Assembly: GCA_963749495.1 (NCBI GenBank)
Contig: CAVVMW010000024.1
Span: forward strand, 64,001 to 128,000
Length of the DNA: 64,000 nt
DNA from: an uncultured bacterium
GTDB lineage: Bacteria; Verrucomicrobiota; Verrucomicrobiia; Limisphaerales; UBA8199
Direction: 5' to 3'
Both the position numbers and the translations under genes were made by a program. Position 1 is the stretch's first letter; every line of letters starts with the position of its first letter. The notes under the pieces are model-generated. The model was given only the letters and a program-made list of their open reading frames with translations. It made no database searches and had not been told where the DNA came from. Shown here piece after piece: positions 1 to 12,043 of this stretch.

Positions 1-383
1 TGGCACTCGGCGCGCGCCAACCCCTTAGCCGCCAGACCGCCTGGGGTTGCCTGACCACCAACGTGGCCCTGCCCGGGTTCGGCTCGCTCCTGGCCGGGCG
101 GCCCTCCGGCTACCCCCAGGCCGCCCTGGCGCTAGGCGGCATGGCCCTGACGGTGTGCTTCGGCCTGCGCTTTCTCCTCTGGTACTCCCAAAATGCCGCC
201 CACATCCGCAGCCCCGAGGCCGACCCGGCCGAGGTGCTGCTGAGCATGTGGGTGGAGGTGCGTTGGGCGGTGCTGGGTATCGCCCTCTTCGCCATCGGCT
301 GGCTCTGGGCCCTGGCCACAAGCCGCGCCATCCTCCGCGCCGCCCGGGAAGCGGAGACGCAGAGAGTGCCTCCGCGTCTCTGA
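1..383 (+). CDS. Membrane protein, probably 5'-truncated by the window edge
   Basis: ORF 63..383 has two hydrophobic helices; the frame is open upstream to the window start. Confidence 0.55.
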   Translation, partial: ALGARQPLSRQTAWGCLTTNVALPGFGSLLAGRPSGYPQAALALGGMALTVCFGLRFLLWYSQNAAHIRSPEADPAEVLLSMWVEVRWAVLGIALFAIGWLWALATSRAILRAAREAETQRVPPRL

Positions 384-423
384 ACCGGGCTCCGACAGCG
401 GCGGCGGTGATCCGCTCGAGCTG

Positions 424-633
424 CGTCGCGTAGCGACGCTGTGAAGGTAGCCGTGGACCTCGGTCCACGGTTTGGCGCAGCGGAAGAATCATGCGCCGCG
501 TAGCGACGCCTGAGAGCCTCGGATCGGCGGATCGAACCGCCCGTTCGAGCGTCGCTACGCGACGCTGATGATCCCAGGGCCGGCGTCCGTGGACTGAAGT
601 CCACGGCTACCATCAAACACCGCTACGCGGTGA
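424..633. repeat. REPIN-like inverted pair (GTAG-CCGTGGAC..GTCCACGG family)
   Basis: Inverted GGTAGCCGTGGAC hairpins with GCGTCGCGTAGCGACGC palindromes; same family as the array at 45405-46280. Confidence 0.8.
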
Positions 634-860
634 AATGCCCAGACGCGTCCAGCGCCGCCCCCGCCTGACCCGCCAGGTCCGCGTTGAACACCAGGCGGCA
701 CGGCCAGCCCCAGCCGCTCGAAAAAGGACATCCTCTTGGGTGAATTGCTCTCGTCCATCCACGGGAAATAGCGCCATTCTGCGCCCGCGCAACATGGAAT
801 CTCATCGGTTGAGGCTTGTGGCCGGGATTGGATTCGGCTAGACTGGACAAAAGAAAGAAT

Positions 861-1664
861 ATGATGAAAGTATCTCAAAGTTTGTCGCAACGGAGCTTAT
901 CGCTGTCCTTGGTGGTTGGTCTGGCCGCTGGGGTGCTGGCGCTGGGGTCCCGGCCCGCGGCGGCTGCCGATTCCTCGAGCCCCGGCCAGGTCAAGCCGGC
1001 GGCTGCCGCTCCCGGCAACCTGGTGCCCCTGATGCTCAACATCCCCGCCGCTGCGTTCAAAGGAACGCCCAAGGACCTCAATGTCGGCCCCAATGTCGAG
1101 CCGATCTCGGACAAGCCGCGTCCGCCCATGTTGGTGCCCCCGGAGTTGAAGAATGTGGCCCTCAACACCAAGGTGACCTGCAGCGACAAGAATGCCTCCG
1201 CCGACATGCTGGCCAAGATCGTCAACGGCAACAAAGACGCCTCGGATGACAGCATCATCTTCCTGCGCAAAGGCACGCAATGGGTGCAGGTGGACCTGGG
1301 CAGCGTCAACGAGGTCTTCGCCATCGTCATCTGGCACGCCCACAACACCGCCAAGGTCTATCACGACGTCATCGTCCAGGCAGCCGACGACCCCGATTTC
1401 ATCCAGAACGTTCGCACGGTCTTCAACAATGACATCAACAACACCTCCGGCCAGGGCGTGGGCAGCGACCGCGAGTACTTCGAGACCAACGAGGGCAAGC
1501 TCATCAACGCCAAGGGCGTCAAGGCCCGCTACTTCCGCTTTTACTCCAAGGGCAGCACCGAGAGCGTCATGAACGAATACACCGAGATCGAGATCTACGG
1601 CCGCTCCCCCGCCGTGGCCGTTCATGGCCAGCAACCCACCCTCTCCGCCGCGGCATCCAAGTAG
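861..1664 (+). CDS. Secreted discoidin/F5-8 type C (galactose-binding-like) domain protein, copy 1
   Basis: Signal peptide; QWVQVDLG, ARYFRFYS and YTEIEIYG motifs. Confidence 0.75.
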   Translation: MMKVSQSLSQRSLSLSLVVGLAAGVLALGSRPAAAADSSSPGQVKPAAAAPGNLVPLMLNIPAAAFKGTPKDLNVGPNVEPISDKPRPPMLVPPELKNVALNTKVTCSDKNASADMLAKIVNGNKDASDDSIIFLRKGTQWVQVDLGSVNEVFAIVIWHAHNTAKVYHDVIVQAADDPDFIQNVRTVFNNDINNTSGQGVGSDREYFETNEGKLINAKGVKARYFRFYSKGSTESVMNEYTEIEIYGRSPAVAVHGQQPTLSAAASK

Positions 1665-1674
1665 CCCAAAGAAC

Positions 1675-2511
1675 ATGATGAAGATGACTCAAAGGCTGTC
1701 TGAACGATGCGTATGGCTGTCGTTGCCCGTTTGCCTGGCCGTCGGCGCGCTGGCGCTCGGGCCACAGTCTGTGGCGGCTGCCGATTCGTCGAGCCCTGGC
1801 CAGGCCAAGCCGGCGGCTGCCGCTGCCGGCGCCCTGGTGCCGCTCAAGCTCGACCTCCCCAAACCTGCGTTCAAGGGAACCCCCAAGGACATCCCAGCCG
1901 GCCCCGATATCGAGCCCTACCCCGACCTCGACAAGCCGGCCCCGACGATCTTTGTGCCCGCCGACCTGAAGAATCTGGCCCTCAACGCCAAGCTGACCTG
2001 CAGTGACAAGAACGCCACGGCCGAAATGCTGGCCAAGATCATTGACGGCAACAAGGACCCCTCGGATGACAGCATCATCTTCATCCGCAAAGGCACGCAA
2101 TGGGTGCAGTTGGACCTCGGCAGCCCCAACGAGGTCTTCGCCATCGTCATCTGGCACGCCCATAATACCCCCAAGATCTATCACGATGTCATTGTGCAGG
2201 CAGCCGATGATCCGGGGTTCACCCAGAACGTCCGCACCATCTTCAACAATGACATCGACAACACCTCCGGCCAGGGCGTGGGCAGCGACCGCGAGTACTT
2301 CGAGACCCTCCGCGGCAAGCCCATCGACGCCAAGGGCATCAAGGCCCGCTGCTTCCGCTTCTACTCCAAGGGCAGCACCGAGAGCGCCCTGAACGAATAC
2401 ACCGAGATCGAGATCTACGGCCGCGCTCCCGCCGTGGCCGTGAATGGCGAGAAACCGACCCTCTCGGCCGCGGCATCGAAAACGGCGCAATCATCTGCCG
2501 GCGGGCGATGA
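1675..2511 (+). CDS. Secreted discoidin/F5-8 type C domain protein, tandem paralog
   Basis: Colinear with and highly similar to 861..1664. Confidence 0.75.
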   Translation: MMKMTQRLSERCVWLSLPVCLAVGALALGPQSVAAADSSSPGQAKPAAAAAGALVPLKLDLPKPAFKGTPKDIPAGPDIEPYPDLDKPAPTIFVPADLKNLALNAKLTCSDKNATAEMLAKIIDGNKDPSDDSIIFIRKGTQWVQLDLGSPNEVFAIVIWHAHNTPKIYHDVIVQAADDPGFTQNVRTIFNNDIDNTSGQGVGSDREYFETLRGKPIDAKGIKARCFRFYSKGSTESALNEYTEIEIYGRAPAVAVNGEKPTLSAAASKTAQSSAGGR

Positions 2512-2543
2512 AGACTCTCGATGAACCTGCGAAGCCCGCAAGG

Positions 2544-2628
2544 TTTTGGACTGCGGCAGTCCTCTGCCGCTTTCGCTTCCCCCTCCCCACGGGTCCGGAA
2601 AAGCGGCAGAGGACTGCCGCAGTCCAAA
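2544..2628. repeat. REP-like palindrome family A (TTTTGGACTGCGGCAGTCCTCTGCCGCTTT..); further copies at 6149-6232, 12698-12775, 18235-18313, 51951-52028
   Basis: Five similar long hairpins seen in the window. Confidence 0.85.
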
Positions 2629-2706
2629 GCGCTGCGCGCGGCGCATGTACGATTGCAATACCACTGAGACCCCCACGTAGCCTTTAGCCTTTAGCCTTTA
2701 GACACC

Positions 2707-4287
2707 ATGCCCCGTTGGGTCCTGCTCGGTCTGCTAACCGCTCTGGTCGCAGCGGCGGTCCTGCGCGCCCCCAGGCTCGGCGAGCGCCCCCTCCACAACG
2801 ACGAGGCCGTCAACGGCATCAAGTTCGGCCAACTCTGGGACACACGGCTCGCGCAGGTGTATGGCCCCTTCAAATACGACCCCGACGAGCACCACGGCCC
2901 ATCGCTCTTTTACTCGACCTACGCCCTGGCGGGGCTCACCGGCGCGCCTGACATCGCCCATTTCTCCGAGGCGCGCCTCCGGCTGATCGACCTGCTTTTC
3001 GGCCTGGGGCTGATTCTGCTCCTGCCGCTGGTGGCTGACGGCGTCGGGCGCCGGCCCGTCATCTGGGCCGGGTTCTTCACTGCGCTCTCGCCAGCCATGG
3101 TTTTCTACAGCCGCTATTTCATTCACGAGATGCCGCTGGTCTTTTTCAGTTTTCTGGCCCTGGCGGCGGGCTGGCGCTATTGGCGCTCGCGCAAATTGGG
3201 GTGGGCCGTCCTGGCCGGGACTGCCCTGGGCCTCATGCACTCGACCAAAGAGACCTTCGTCCTTGTCCTGGCCGCCGCGGCATTCGCCCTGGCCCTGAAC
3301 CGGGCCTGGAACCGATGGCTCGATGCCAGCGGCCTGCCGGTCAAAGCCCCGGCACTGAATCCCCTCCACCTGACCGCCGCACTCGCCGCTTGGCTCGTAG
3401 TCGCTGTGGTCCTCTTCTCGTCATTTTTCACCAATGCCGCAGGTCCGCTCGACTCACTGCGGAGCTATGGCGCTTGGCTGGGACGCGCCGGCGGCAAGTC
3501 CGAGCACATTTATCCGTGGACATTCTATTTCCACCGGCTCCTGTGGTTCCAGGCCGCCAAGGGGCCGGTGTGGAGCGAGGCGCTGATCCTGGCGTTGGCG
3601 GTGATCGGGGCCGCCTCCGGGTTCAAGCGCAAGCAACTGGGCCGCGCCAATGCCGGCTTTATCCGGTTTTTGGCCCTCTACACCCTGGCGCTCACCGTGG
3701 TCTATAGCCTGATCTCCTACAAGACGCCCTGGTGCCTCCTGGGCTTCTGGCACGGCATGATCCTCCTGGCGGGCGTCGGCGCCGTGGTGCTGCTCCGCAG
3801 CCTGAGACGGCGCACCCTGAAAAGGGCGGTCACACTGGCTCTGGTCGCCGGCGCCGCACACCTCGGCTGGCAGGCCCGGCGCTCGAGCTTCCCCTTCGCG
3901 TCCGACCCCCGGAATCCCTACGTCTTTGCCCAAACGCTCCCCAATTTCCTGCTCCTGGTCCAGAACGTCAGGGCCCTGGCCCAGACACACCCGCTCGGCC
4001 TGGAAGTGCCAGTCAAAGTCATTGCGCCCAAAGGAGATTATTGGCCATTGCCCTGGTACCTCCGCGACTTCAGCCACGTCCTCTGGTCCGAGGCGGTGCC
4101 CCCGGACCCCTACGCCCCCGTCATGGTCGTCTCCAGCAGCTTCGACGCCCGCCTGGACGGGGCCAAGACCCACACCATGATCGGCTACTACCAGATGCGC
4201 CCCCGGACCTTCTTCGAACTCTATGTCCAGTCCGACTTCTGGCGGGCCTACATCGAGAAGCACCCGCCGCCCAAGGATGAGGAGTAA
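2707..4287 (+). CDS. GT-C/PMT-like membrane glycosyltransferase (TIGR03663/Agl23-like)
   Basis: RPLHNDE, YDP..HHGP, FYSRYFIHE, TKET and WPLPWYLR motifs; many TM helices. Confidence 0.75.
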   Translation: MPRWVLLGLLTALVAAAVLRAPRLGERPLHNDEAVNGIKFGQLWDTRLAQVYGPFKYDPDEHHGPSLFYSTYALAGLTGAPDIAHFSEARLRLIDLLFGLGLILLLPLVADGVGRRPVIWAGFFTALSPAMVFYSRYFIHEMPLVFFSFLALAAGWRYWRSRKLGWAVLAGTALGLMHSTKETFVLVLAAAAFALALNRAWNRWLDASGLPVKAPALNPLHLTAALAAWLVVAVVLFSSFFTNAAGPLDSLRSYGAWLGRAGGKSEHIYPWTFYFHRLLWFQAAKGPVWSEALILALAVIGAASGFKRKQLGRANAGFIRFLALYTLALTVVYSLISYKTPWCLLGFWHGMILLAGVGAVVLLRSLRRRTLKRAVTLALVAGAAHLGWQARRSSFPFASDPRNPYVFAQTLPNFLLLVQNVRALAQTHPLGLEVPVKVIAPKGDYWPLPWYLRDFSHVLWSEAVPPDPYAPVMVVSSSFDARLDGAKTHTMIGYYQMRPRTFFELYVQSDFWRAYIEKHPPPKDEE

Positions 4288-4331
4288 TCGGGCAGGGCCT
4301 CAGTGAAGGTGGGAGCAGCGCCACGGCCACA

Positions 4332-4476
4332 CCCCTCACCCCGGCCCTCTCCCCTTCCGAAGGGGAGAGGGAGAAGCGTCGGCAGTCTCTGGGAATTCCA
4401 GGCGCGTCCGCTTGCTCAAGCCGCTGCCGAGAATTCTCCCTCTCCCCTCCGAGGGGAGAGGGCCGGGGTGAGGGGT
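4332..4476. repeat. REP-like family C (CCCCTCACCCCGGCCCTCTCCCC..GGGGAGAGGG); second copy at 57799-57945
   Basis: Inverted doublet, two copies. Confidence 0.8.
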
Positions 4477-4552
4477 CCGCCTCCACTGACAGATTACATG
4501 ATCGGGATTTCCAGACTGGCACAGGGGAGCCTTTGCTGCCATAATCTGGCCG

Positions 4553-6076
4553 ATGACGACGATGAACCTTAATCTAAAAGAACTGGAGGTCTGGTTTGTG
4601 ACGGGGAGCCAGCATTTGTACGGGCCGGAGACGCTCAAACAGGTGGCGGCCAACTCGCGGGAAATAGCGCAGGCCCTCGGGGCCTCGCCCGCCATCCCGG
4701 TAAAGGTGGCCTTCAAACCCGTCGTCAAGACCCCCGCCGAGGCCACCGCTCTGTGCCAGGAGGCAAGCCGCCAGCCCAACTGCATCGGCCTGATTACCTG
4801 GTGCCACACCTTCTCGCCATCGAAGATGTGGATCAACGGCCTGAAACTGCTCCGCAAACCGCTGGCGCACCTTCACACCCAGCACAACCGCGACATCCCC
4901 TGGGCCTCGATCGATATGGATTTCATGAACCTGAACCAGGCGGCCCACGGTGACCGCGAGCACGGGTTCATCATGAGCCGCATGCGGCTGGAACGGAAGG
5001 TGGTGGCCGGTTACTGGCAGGACCCTGCGGTCCAGGCCCAACTGGGCGCCTGGAGCCGCGCGGCGGCGGCCTGGCACGATTGGCAGGAGGCCAAATTCTG
5101 CAGGTTCGGCGACAACATGCGCGAGGTGGCCGTGACCGAAGGCGACAAGGTCTCCGCCCAGCTCCAGTTCGGCTACTCGGTCAACGGCTACGGCGTGGGC
5201 GACCTGGCCCAATGCGTCCAGCAGGCAAAGCAGTCCGATGTGGACCGCCTGGTCGAGGAGTACCAGGCCAATTACGTTTTGCAGCCTGGCCTGGTCAAAA
5301 ACGGCGAAGTGGCGCGCTCGTTGCGGGAGGGCGCGCGGATCGAAGCCGGCCTGCGCGCCTTCCTGGCCGCAGGCGGGTTCAAGGGCTTCACCACCACGTT
5401 CGAGGACCTGCACAACCTGGGGCAACTGCCGGGCCTGGCTGTGCAGCGGCTCATGGCCGAAGGCTACGGCTTTGGCGCCGAAGGCGACTGGAAGACCTGC
5501 GCCCTGGTGCGCGCCCTCAAGGTCATGGCCTGCGGGTTGAAGGGGGGCACTTCCTTCATGGAAGACTACACCTATCATCTGGACCCCAAAGGGATGAAGG
5601 TGCTGGGCGCCCACATGCTCGAAATCTGCCCGAGCATCGCCGCCGGCAAGCCCGCCCTCGAAGTCCATCCCCTGGGCATCGGCGGCAAGGCCGACCCCGC
5701 GCGCCTGGTCTTCGAGGCCGCTCAAGGGCCAGCCCTCAACGCCTCGATCATCAACCTCGGCAACCGGTTCCGCCTCCTGGCCAACGAGGTGGACGTGGTC
5801 GCGCCGGACAGGCCGCTGCCCCGGCTGCCCGTGGCCCGCGCCATCTGGGTGCCCAAGCCCAACCTGCCTGTGGCGGCCACGGCCTGGATCTACGCCGGCG
5901 GCGCGCACCACACCGCCTTCAGCCACGCCGTGACCATCGAGATGATGGAGGACTTCGCCGCCATGGCCGGGGTCGAACTGGCGGTCATCAACAAGGAGAC
6001 CCAACTGCGCCGGTTCAAGCAGGAACTGAATTGGAACGAGGCCTACTACGCCCTGCGCAAAGGGTGGAACTCGTAG
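4553..6076 (+). CDS. araA: L-arabinose isomerase
   Basis: [39 protein letters not shown] and GGAHH motifs. Confidence 0.95.
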   Translation: MTTMNLNLKELEVWFVTGSQHLYGPETLKQVAANSREIAQALGASPAIPVKVAFKPVVKTPAEATALCQEASRQPNCIGLITWCHTFSPSKMWINGLKLLRKPLAHLHTQHNRDIPWASIDMDFMNLNQAAHGDREHGFIMSRMRLERKVVAGYWQDPAVQAQLGAWSRAAAAWHDWQEAKFCRFGDNMREVAVTEGDKVSAQLQFGYSVNGYGVGDLAQCVQQAKQSDVDRLVEEYQANYVLQPGLVKNGEVARSLREGARIEAGLRAFLAAGGFKGFTTTFEDLHNLGQLPGLAVQRLMAEGYGFGAEGDWKTCALVRALKVMACGLKGGTSFMEDYTYHLDPKGMKVLGAHMLEICPSIAAGKPALEVHPLGIGGKADPARLVFEAAQGPALNASIINLGNRFRLLANEVDVVAPDRPLPRLPVARAIWVPKPNLPVAATAWIYAGGAHHTAFSHAVTIEMMEDFAAMAGVELAVINKETQLRRFKQELNWNEAYYALRKGWNS

Positions 6077-6385
6077 GGGGCGCACCTCACCTTTGCCGGC
6101 CCTGGGCAAGCCGGGCAATTGGAGCGCAACGCCGGGAAGTCCGCAAGGTTTTGGACTGCGCCAGTCCTCTGGCGCTGTCGCGTCCCCAGGGTCCGAAAAG
6201 CGGTCCCGATCCATCGGGACCGCAGTCCAAAACGCTTCGCGAGTTCGGACGCGCTCTCTCACCCTGTGCCCATCCCCGATTGGATCGGGGCAAGCGGGCG
6301 GGGGAGATGGAGCATGGTTGGCCGCCACGCCCTGTAGGGCAACGTGACGACCGCGCAGTAGATCCCTTTTGTCCCTCGCGCTTAG

Positions 6386-7618
6386 TCAATTGTGTAAAGC
6401 GTCAGCGAGTCCTGGTCCCTGATGAAAAGGCGATTGCCTGCCGGGCACCGGGTAAGCGTAGGTCTGTTTCTCTTTCTCGGCCACCTTGATGCTGGCGACT
6501 TCCTTGTACTCCTTGTCGGTGGGCTCGAAGGCCACCAGCGTGGACTTAGAGGTCAGCCCGAGCAGGACGTCTCCGGCGTCCACGACCGAGCCAAACTGGC
6601 CGCGCCCGCCGTTGGACTCCGCCCAGGCCGTCTTGCCAGTCTTGGCGTCGATGCAAAAGAAGTTGCCCCGTTGGGACAGGCCGAAGACCAGGCCGTTCTT
6701 GAGCACCGGGGAGTCGAACTGGACCGCGTTGTCCGGGTTGCTCCAGAGTTCCTTGCTGACAAAGGAATCCCCTTGCTTTTCGATCTTCACGGCCTTGGCG
6801 CCACGGCCGGAGCCGCAGTAGATCACCGTTTGCCCGTCCACAATCGGGGTGGCGGCATTGTAATTCATCCCTATCGGCGCAAAAGACGCCTGCCACAACA
6901 GCTTGCCGTCCGCCAGCCCCAGGCCCACCACGCTCTTGGCTGTCAGGGTAACGATCATCCGCGTGCCGGCGACCGTCATCACCACCGGCGACGCATAGCC
7001 GGGGCCTTCATCGGTCCACTTCCATTTCACGTCACCGCTGGCAAGGTCATAGGCCACCACCGCGCCTTCACTCTCTTTGCCGACCTGCACGATGCACAGG
7101 CCGTCCACTATAAGCGGCGAGGTCGCCGTGTGAAATCGAGGCCATCCCGGAAAATCGTTCTTCCGCCACTTCACCGCCCCGCTGGCCGCGTCCAGGCACG
7201 AAACGGTGCCGGAGACCCCCAGCGTGACGACCTTGCCCTCGGCCACGGCGGGCGAACTTCGCGGCCCGCTGTGTACCGACAAGTCCGGCCCGCTGATGCC
7301 GGCCACGGCGTTCTTGTCCGACCAGACCTCCTTGCCGTCGGCGGCGTTGAGGCACGAAGTGACCTCGTTGCCCTCCTGGCGCGCGAAGACAAACACCTTG
7401 TCGCCCACCACCGCGGGCGTGGCATCGCCCAAACCGACGGTGATCTTCCACTTTTGCGTCAGTTCCTTGGGCCAGGTCTTGGGACAGTTGAAACCGGCGG
7501 CCTTGGCATCGCGATTGGCCCCGCGCCATTGCGGCCAATCCTGCGCCGACGCCGCGCTCGCGCCTGACACCACGACACATCCGGCCACCAGCACTATGAT
7601 TCGATTGGTATTTTTCAT
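6386..7618 (-). CDS. PQQ-binding-like beta-propeller protein (BamB-like); probable frameshift near the C-terminus
   Basis: Signal peptide, DWPQWRG motif and repeated LDAxxG-x-VKW blades. Confidence 0.8.
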   Translation of the reverse strand: MKNTNRIIVLVAGCVVVSGASAASAQDWPQWRGANRDAKAAGFNCPKTWPKELTQKWKITVGLGDATPAVVGDKVFVFARQEGNEVTSCLNAADGKEVWSDKNAVAGISGPDLSVHSGPRSSPAVAEGKVVTLGVSGTVSCLDAASGAVKWRKNDFPGWPRFHTATSPLIVDGLCIVQVGKESEGAVVAYDLASGDVKWKWTDEGPGYASPVVMTVAGTRMIVTLTAKSVVGLGLADGKLLWQASFAPIGMNYNAATPIVDGQTVIYCGSGRGAKAVKIEKQGDSFVSKELWSNPDNAVQFDSPVLKNGLVFGLSQRGNFFCIDAKTGKTAWAESNGGRGQFGSVVDAGDVLLGLTSKSTLVAFEPTDKEYKEVASIKVAEKEKQTYAYPVPGRQSPFHQGPGLADALHN

Positions 7619-7796
7619 TCCAAATCCTTCCTAATCTTTTTCGCTGTCGTCTTGGTTGTTGAGAAACGATGAGTGCGTTCCGGCCTCGAGAATACACCGG
7701 CCCAGCCTGTGAGCGGAAGCGAAAAAAGGGACAAAAGAGCGTGGCCCGAGGCGCGCCCTTGCACCCGGGGGCGGCGGACTCTACCTTGCGGCTGCC

Positions 7797-10700
7797 ATGT
7801 TGAAGTCGTCCGTGCCGCCTGCGATTCGCCTGCGAGGCGTGCGCCACAACAACTTGAAGAATTTCGACCTGGACCTGCCGCTCAACCGGCTTGTGGTCAT
7901 CACGGGCCTGAGCGGTTCGGGCAAGAGCTCGCTGGCGTTCGACACGCTCTTTGCCGAGGGGCAGCGGCGCTATATCGAGACATTCTCCCCGTATGCCCGG
8001 CAGTTTTTCGACCGGATGGACAAGCCGCAGGTGGATAGCATCGAGGGGATCCCGCCCGCCATCGCCATCGAGCAACGCAACGCGGTCAAGACCACGCGCT
8101 CGACGGTAGGAACGATGACCGAGGTTTGCGATTACATGAAGATGCTTTGGCCCCACATTGCCCAGCTCCATTGCCGGCAGTGCGGGCAGCCGGTCCGCAA
8201 AGAGTCCCCGCGCCGGATTTGGGAGGCCCTCCAACTGCGCCCGGCTTCACCCGAGCCCGCGAATCGAGCCCTCGCCCATCGCCCCGCGTCCCCCGTCGAG
8301 CCGCCCGAGCAGCTCATCACGTTCACGGTTCCGCTGACCGAGAAGCTCTCGGTGGAAGAGTGCCTGGCGCTGGTGGCCAGGCAGGGCTACCAGCGCCTGC
8401 TGCTCGATGGGCAGGTCGTCCGGCTGGATGCCCTCGCATCGAGCCCCTCCGGGCCGGCGGCGCGCCCCGCCTCGCTCACGGTCATTCAGGACCGGTTGCG
8501 CCCCACCGAGTCCAACCGCGCCCGGTTCGTCGAGGCCTGCGAGCAGGCCTACCACTTCGGCAAGGGCAAGCTGGCTCTTTGCGAACTCGACCCGGCCAGC
8601 GCCGCCCCCGGCCGCGCGCGCCGGTTTTCCAACCGCCTGCACTGCGCCGCCTGCGACCTGGACTATCGCGAGCCGACCCCTGCCTTGTTCAGCTTCAACC
8701 ACCCGGTGGGCGCCTGCCCCGCCTGCCGCGGCTTCGGGCGCATCATCAGCATCGATTACAACCTGGTCATGCCGGACCGTTCCAGGACGCTCTCCCAGTG
8801 CGTCGTCAGGCCCTGGCAGACCGGCACCGGCGCCGAAAGCCAGGCCGACCTCCTGCGCGCCTGCCGGCAATTCAACATCCCGACCGATGTCCCCTTCGAG
8901 CGCCTGCCCAGGAAATGGCAGGACTTCGTCATCGAAGGTGAGCCGGGCTACGGCAAGGACGAGGCCCACCATTGGCCCCGGTGCTGGTATGGAGTCAAAG
9001 GTTACTTCCGCTGGCTGGAATCCAAGGCCTACAAGATGCACGTGCGCGTGTTGCTCTCCCGATACCGGGCCTATACGCCCTGCCCGGATTGCCAGGGCAA
9101 ACGCTTTCAACCCGAGGCGCTGCTCTACCGGGTTGGCGCGCCGCCCGGCACGGAGGACGGGCGCACTCCGTCCGCCCCCTCGCTGAGCCTGGCGGACTTT
9201 TATCAACTGCCCATCCGCGATGCCCTGCGATTCATCGAGCAGATCGGCGCTCAGCACCGCGTGCGGCCGGCTGACCCGCTGGGCCTCATTCTGGGCGAGG
9301 TGCGCTCGCGCCTCGGATACCTGGACCAGGTTGGCTTGGGCTATCTCACGTTGGATCGCCCTACGCGCTCGCTCTCCGGGGGCGAGACCGAGCGGGTGAA
9401 CCTCACCACCTGCCTGGGCACCCGGTTGGTGAACACCCTCTTCGTATTGGACGAGCCCAGCGTGGGGCTGCACCCGCGCGACACCGAACGCCTGGTCCGC
9501 ATCGTCGAGCAGTTGCGCGACTCCGGAAACACCGTCGTCGTCGTCGAACACGAAGCCAGCGTCATGCGCGCCGCTGACCAGATCGTCGACCTCGGCCCCG
9601 GCCACGGCGCCACGGGCGGACAAGTGGTCTTCCAGGGAAGCTTCCGGGAAATCCTGAACTCACCCGCCTCGCTCACGGGCCAGTACCCTGAGCGGACGGC
9701 GCACGATCGAGGTCCCGGCGCGCCGGCCCGTGCGGACGGCCCTGGCGCAGGTCGCCTGCCTGCGCGCCCCGGGTGCCCGGACCGGCGCGCGCCCGTCCTC
9801 GGGGGCAGCGAGGTCCCCGGGCGGCTCAGCGGCAAGGGACTCCAGCGCGCTGGCCCGGCCGGGGCCTGCTGCGCCCGGGGACGGGCGCACTCCGGCGGCG
9901 TCTTCCGTGGCGCTGGTGTTCAGAGAGGCCTCCCGTCCGTTCGGCGCCGAGCCGGCCCGGTGCAACGTCCTAAGGCTCTCCCACGCCACCCGTCACAACC
10001 TCAAGGACCTGGCCGTGGAAATCCCCTTGAACCGGTTTGTGTGCGTGACCGGCGTGAGCGGTTCGGGCAAGACCACCCTGGTGCGCGAGGTCCTGCTGCC
10101 GGCCCTGGCTGCCAGGCTCAAGACCCAGGCCCGGACGCTCAACTCTCCGGTGCAGGCCTCCTGCCTGCGCGCGGCCGTCAAGGCCTCCGAGCGTTTTGCC
10201 CAAGAGCCCAACGGCGGAGAGGAGAACGGGGACTCGGCGCCCGGCGCGCCACCGGAGGCGCTGCTCGAAGGGGCCGAGCCGCTCGGGGGCGTGGTCCTGG
10301 TGGACCAGTCCATCCTCGGCAAGACGCCCCGCTCGAATCCCGCCGTGTATATCGGCGCATTCGATGACATCCGCGAGGTCTTCGCCCAATCCGATGCCGC
10401 CCGGCAGCGCGGGCTCAACGCCAGCGCGTTCAGCTTCAACTCCAGCCAGGGCCAGTGCCAGCGCTGCCGCGGGGCCGGGTTCGAGAAGATCGAGATGCAG
10501 TTCCTGAGCGACGTCTTTATCCGTTGCCCGGAGTGCGGTGGCCGCCGCTACCGGCCCCATATTCTCGAGGTGAGGATTAGTCCACAGTCCACAGTCCAGA
10601 GTCCACAGTCCACAGTCCGCAGTCCACAGTCCACAGTCCGCAGTCCACAGTCCACAGTCCACAGTCCACAGTCCACAGTCCACAGTCCACCGCCTGCGCT

Positions 10701-11325
10701 CCGCCTTCATCATTCGTCATTCGTCATTCGTCATTCGTCATTGTCCATCGCCGATCTGCTCGAATCCACGGTCGAGGAGGCGGTCCAATTCCTGTCGGGC
10801 TTTGCCGAATCGCGTCCTGCGCGGCGCGCGGTTCGGGGCCTGGAGTTGCTCGAGGAGGTCGGCTTGGGCTACGTCAAGCTCGGCCAGCCCATCAATACTC
10901 TGTCGGGTGGCGAGAGCCAGCGCCTCAAACTGGTCAGGCATCTGGCCGAAGTGGAGGCGGGGCCCGAGTCGCCCGCCGGCCTCGCCAAGCTCAACATCTT
11001 CCTTTTCGATGAGCCGACCACCGGCCTGCACTTCGAGGACGTGCGCCTGCTCCTGCGGGTGTTCGGGCGCCTGGTGGACGCCGGCCATTCGGTAGTCGTC
11101 ATCGAGCACAACCTGGACGTCATCAAGTGCGCCGACTGGCTTATCGATCTCGGTCCCGAGGCGGGCGACCTGGGCGGACGCGTCGTTGCTGTGGGCACCC
11201 CGGAGGACGTGGCCGCCTGCGTGGACAGCCACACCGGCCGGGCGCTGAGGGAGGTGCTGGGAGCGCATCCCGACACTGCCCCCGTAGCGCAGACTTCCAA
11301 GTCTGCTGTATCGCGGGTTTCCTAA
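7797..11325 (+). CDS. uvrA: UvrA, N-terminal half of a double-length UvrA (frameshift near 9688)
   Basis: GLSGSGKSSLAFDT, zinc fingers, LSGGE/LDEP and a second Walker A GVSGSGKT; ORFs 7797.. and 9730.. join if one extra C is removed. Confidence 0.85.
10579..10742 (+). repeat. Heptamer tandem cassette (AGTCCAC)~16 plus (CATTCGT)4, in frame in uvrA
   Basis: Encodes SPQSTVH repeats and [10 protein letters not shown]. Confidence 0.9.
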
Positions 11326-11400
11326 CCCGCAGGCGCCGCGATTTCAGGCGCCCTGCCGACTGGAAGTCGGCGATACAGCAGGTTTGGAAACCTGCGCTAC
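11284..11400. repeat. REPIN family B (GTAGCGCAGGTTTCCAAACCTGCTGTATCG..); also at 32095-35169 (interrupted), 42628-42761 and 50708-50824
   Basis: GTAG plus hairpin in inverted pairs, four copies. Confidence 0.9.
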
Positions 11401-11494
11401 AAACTGCTGTGCCCCGCCAAATGGGGGCAGTGCCGGGATGCGCCCGCGTTCCGGAACCCGGATTGACGCGGCGAGCCAAGGCGGATAGAGTGCG

Positions 11495-12043
11495 GTGATG
11501 GCAATGCTGTCGCTTGAACTGCAGCCCCAGGAGACTCAGCGGGCCTTTAACCTGAGCCGCTGGGCTGAATTGTTAGAGGACCCGGAACTGGCCAGGTTCG
11601 AGGGCCGCATCGAAACCGATCGCCACGGCCATATAATCATGAGCCCTCCCGCTGCTGCAACTCACGGAAGTTTTCAGGCCGAGATCGCGTACTTGCTGAG
11701 GACTCTCCTGCCAAAGGGCCGTGTCTTAACCGAGTGTCCGGTCTCCACCGCTGACGGCGTGAAAATAACTGATGTGGCCTGGGCGTCGCCTGCGTGCCTG
11801 AGGGAGCTGGCCGGGGGCGTTTGCTTTCCGCGCGCGCCGGAAATCTGCGTCGAGGTCATTTCCCCGAGCAACACCGAGGGCGAAATCCGGGAGAAAACCG
11901 CCCTCTACTTCGATGCGGGCGCCAGCGAAGTGTGGCTCTGTGCCCAGGACGGGCAGATGAGTTTTCTCGGCCGGGCGGCGGGCGCCCCGCTCCGGGCCTC
12001 AAAGCTGTGCCCGCGATTTCCGAACCTGATTCAGTTGCGTTGA
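11495..12043 (+). CDS. Uma2 family (DUF820) PD-(D/E)xK-like endonuclease
   Basis: [24 protein letters not shown] and [10 protein letters not shown] motifs. Confidence 0.85.
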   Translation: MMAMLSLELQPQETQRAFNLSRWAELLEDPELARFEGRIETDRHGHIIMSPPAAATHGSFQAEIAYLLRTLLPKGRVLTECPVSTADGVKITDVAWASPACLRELAGGVCFPRAPEICVEVISPSNTEGEIREKTALYFDAGASEVWLCAQDGQMSFLGRAAGAPLRASKLCPRFPNLIQLR

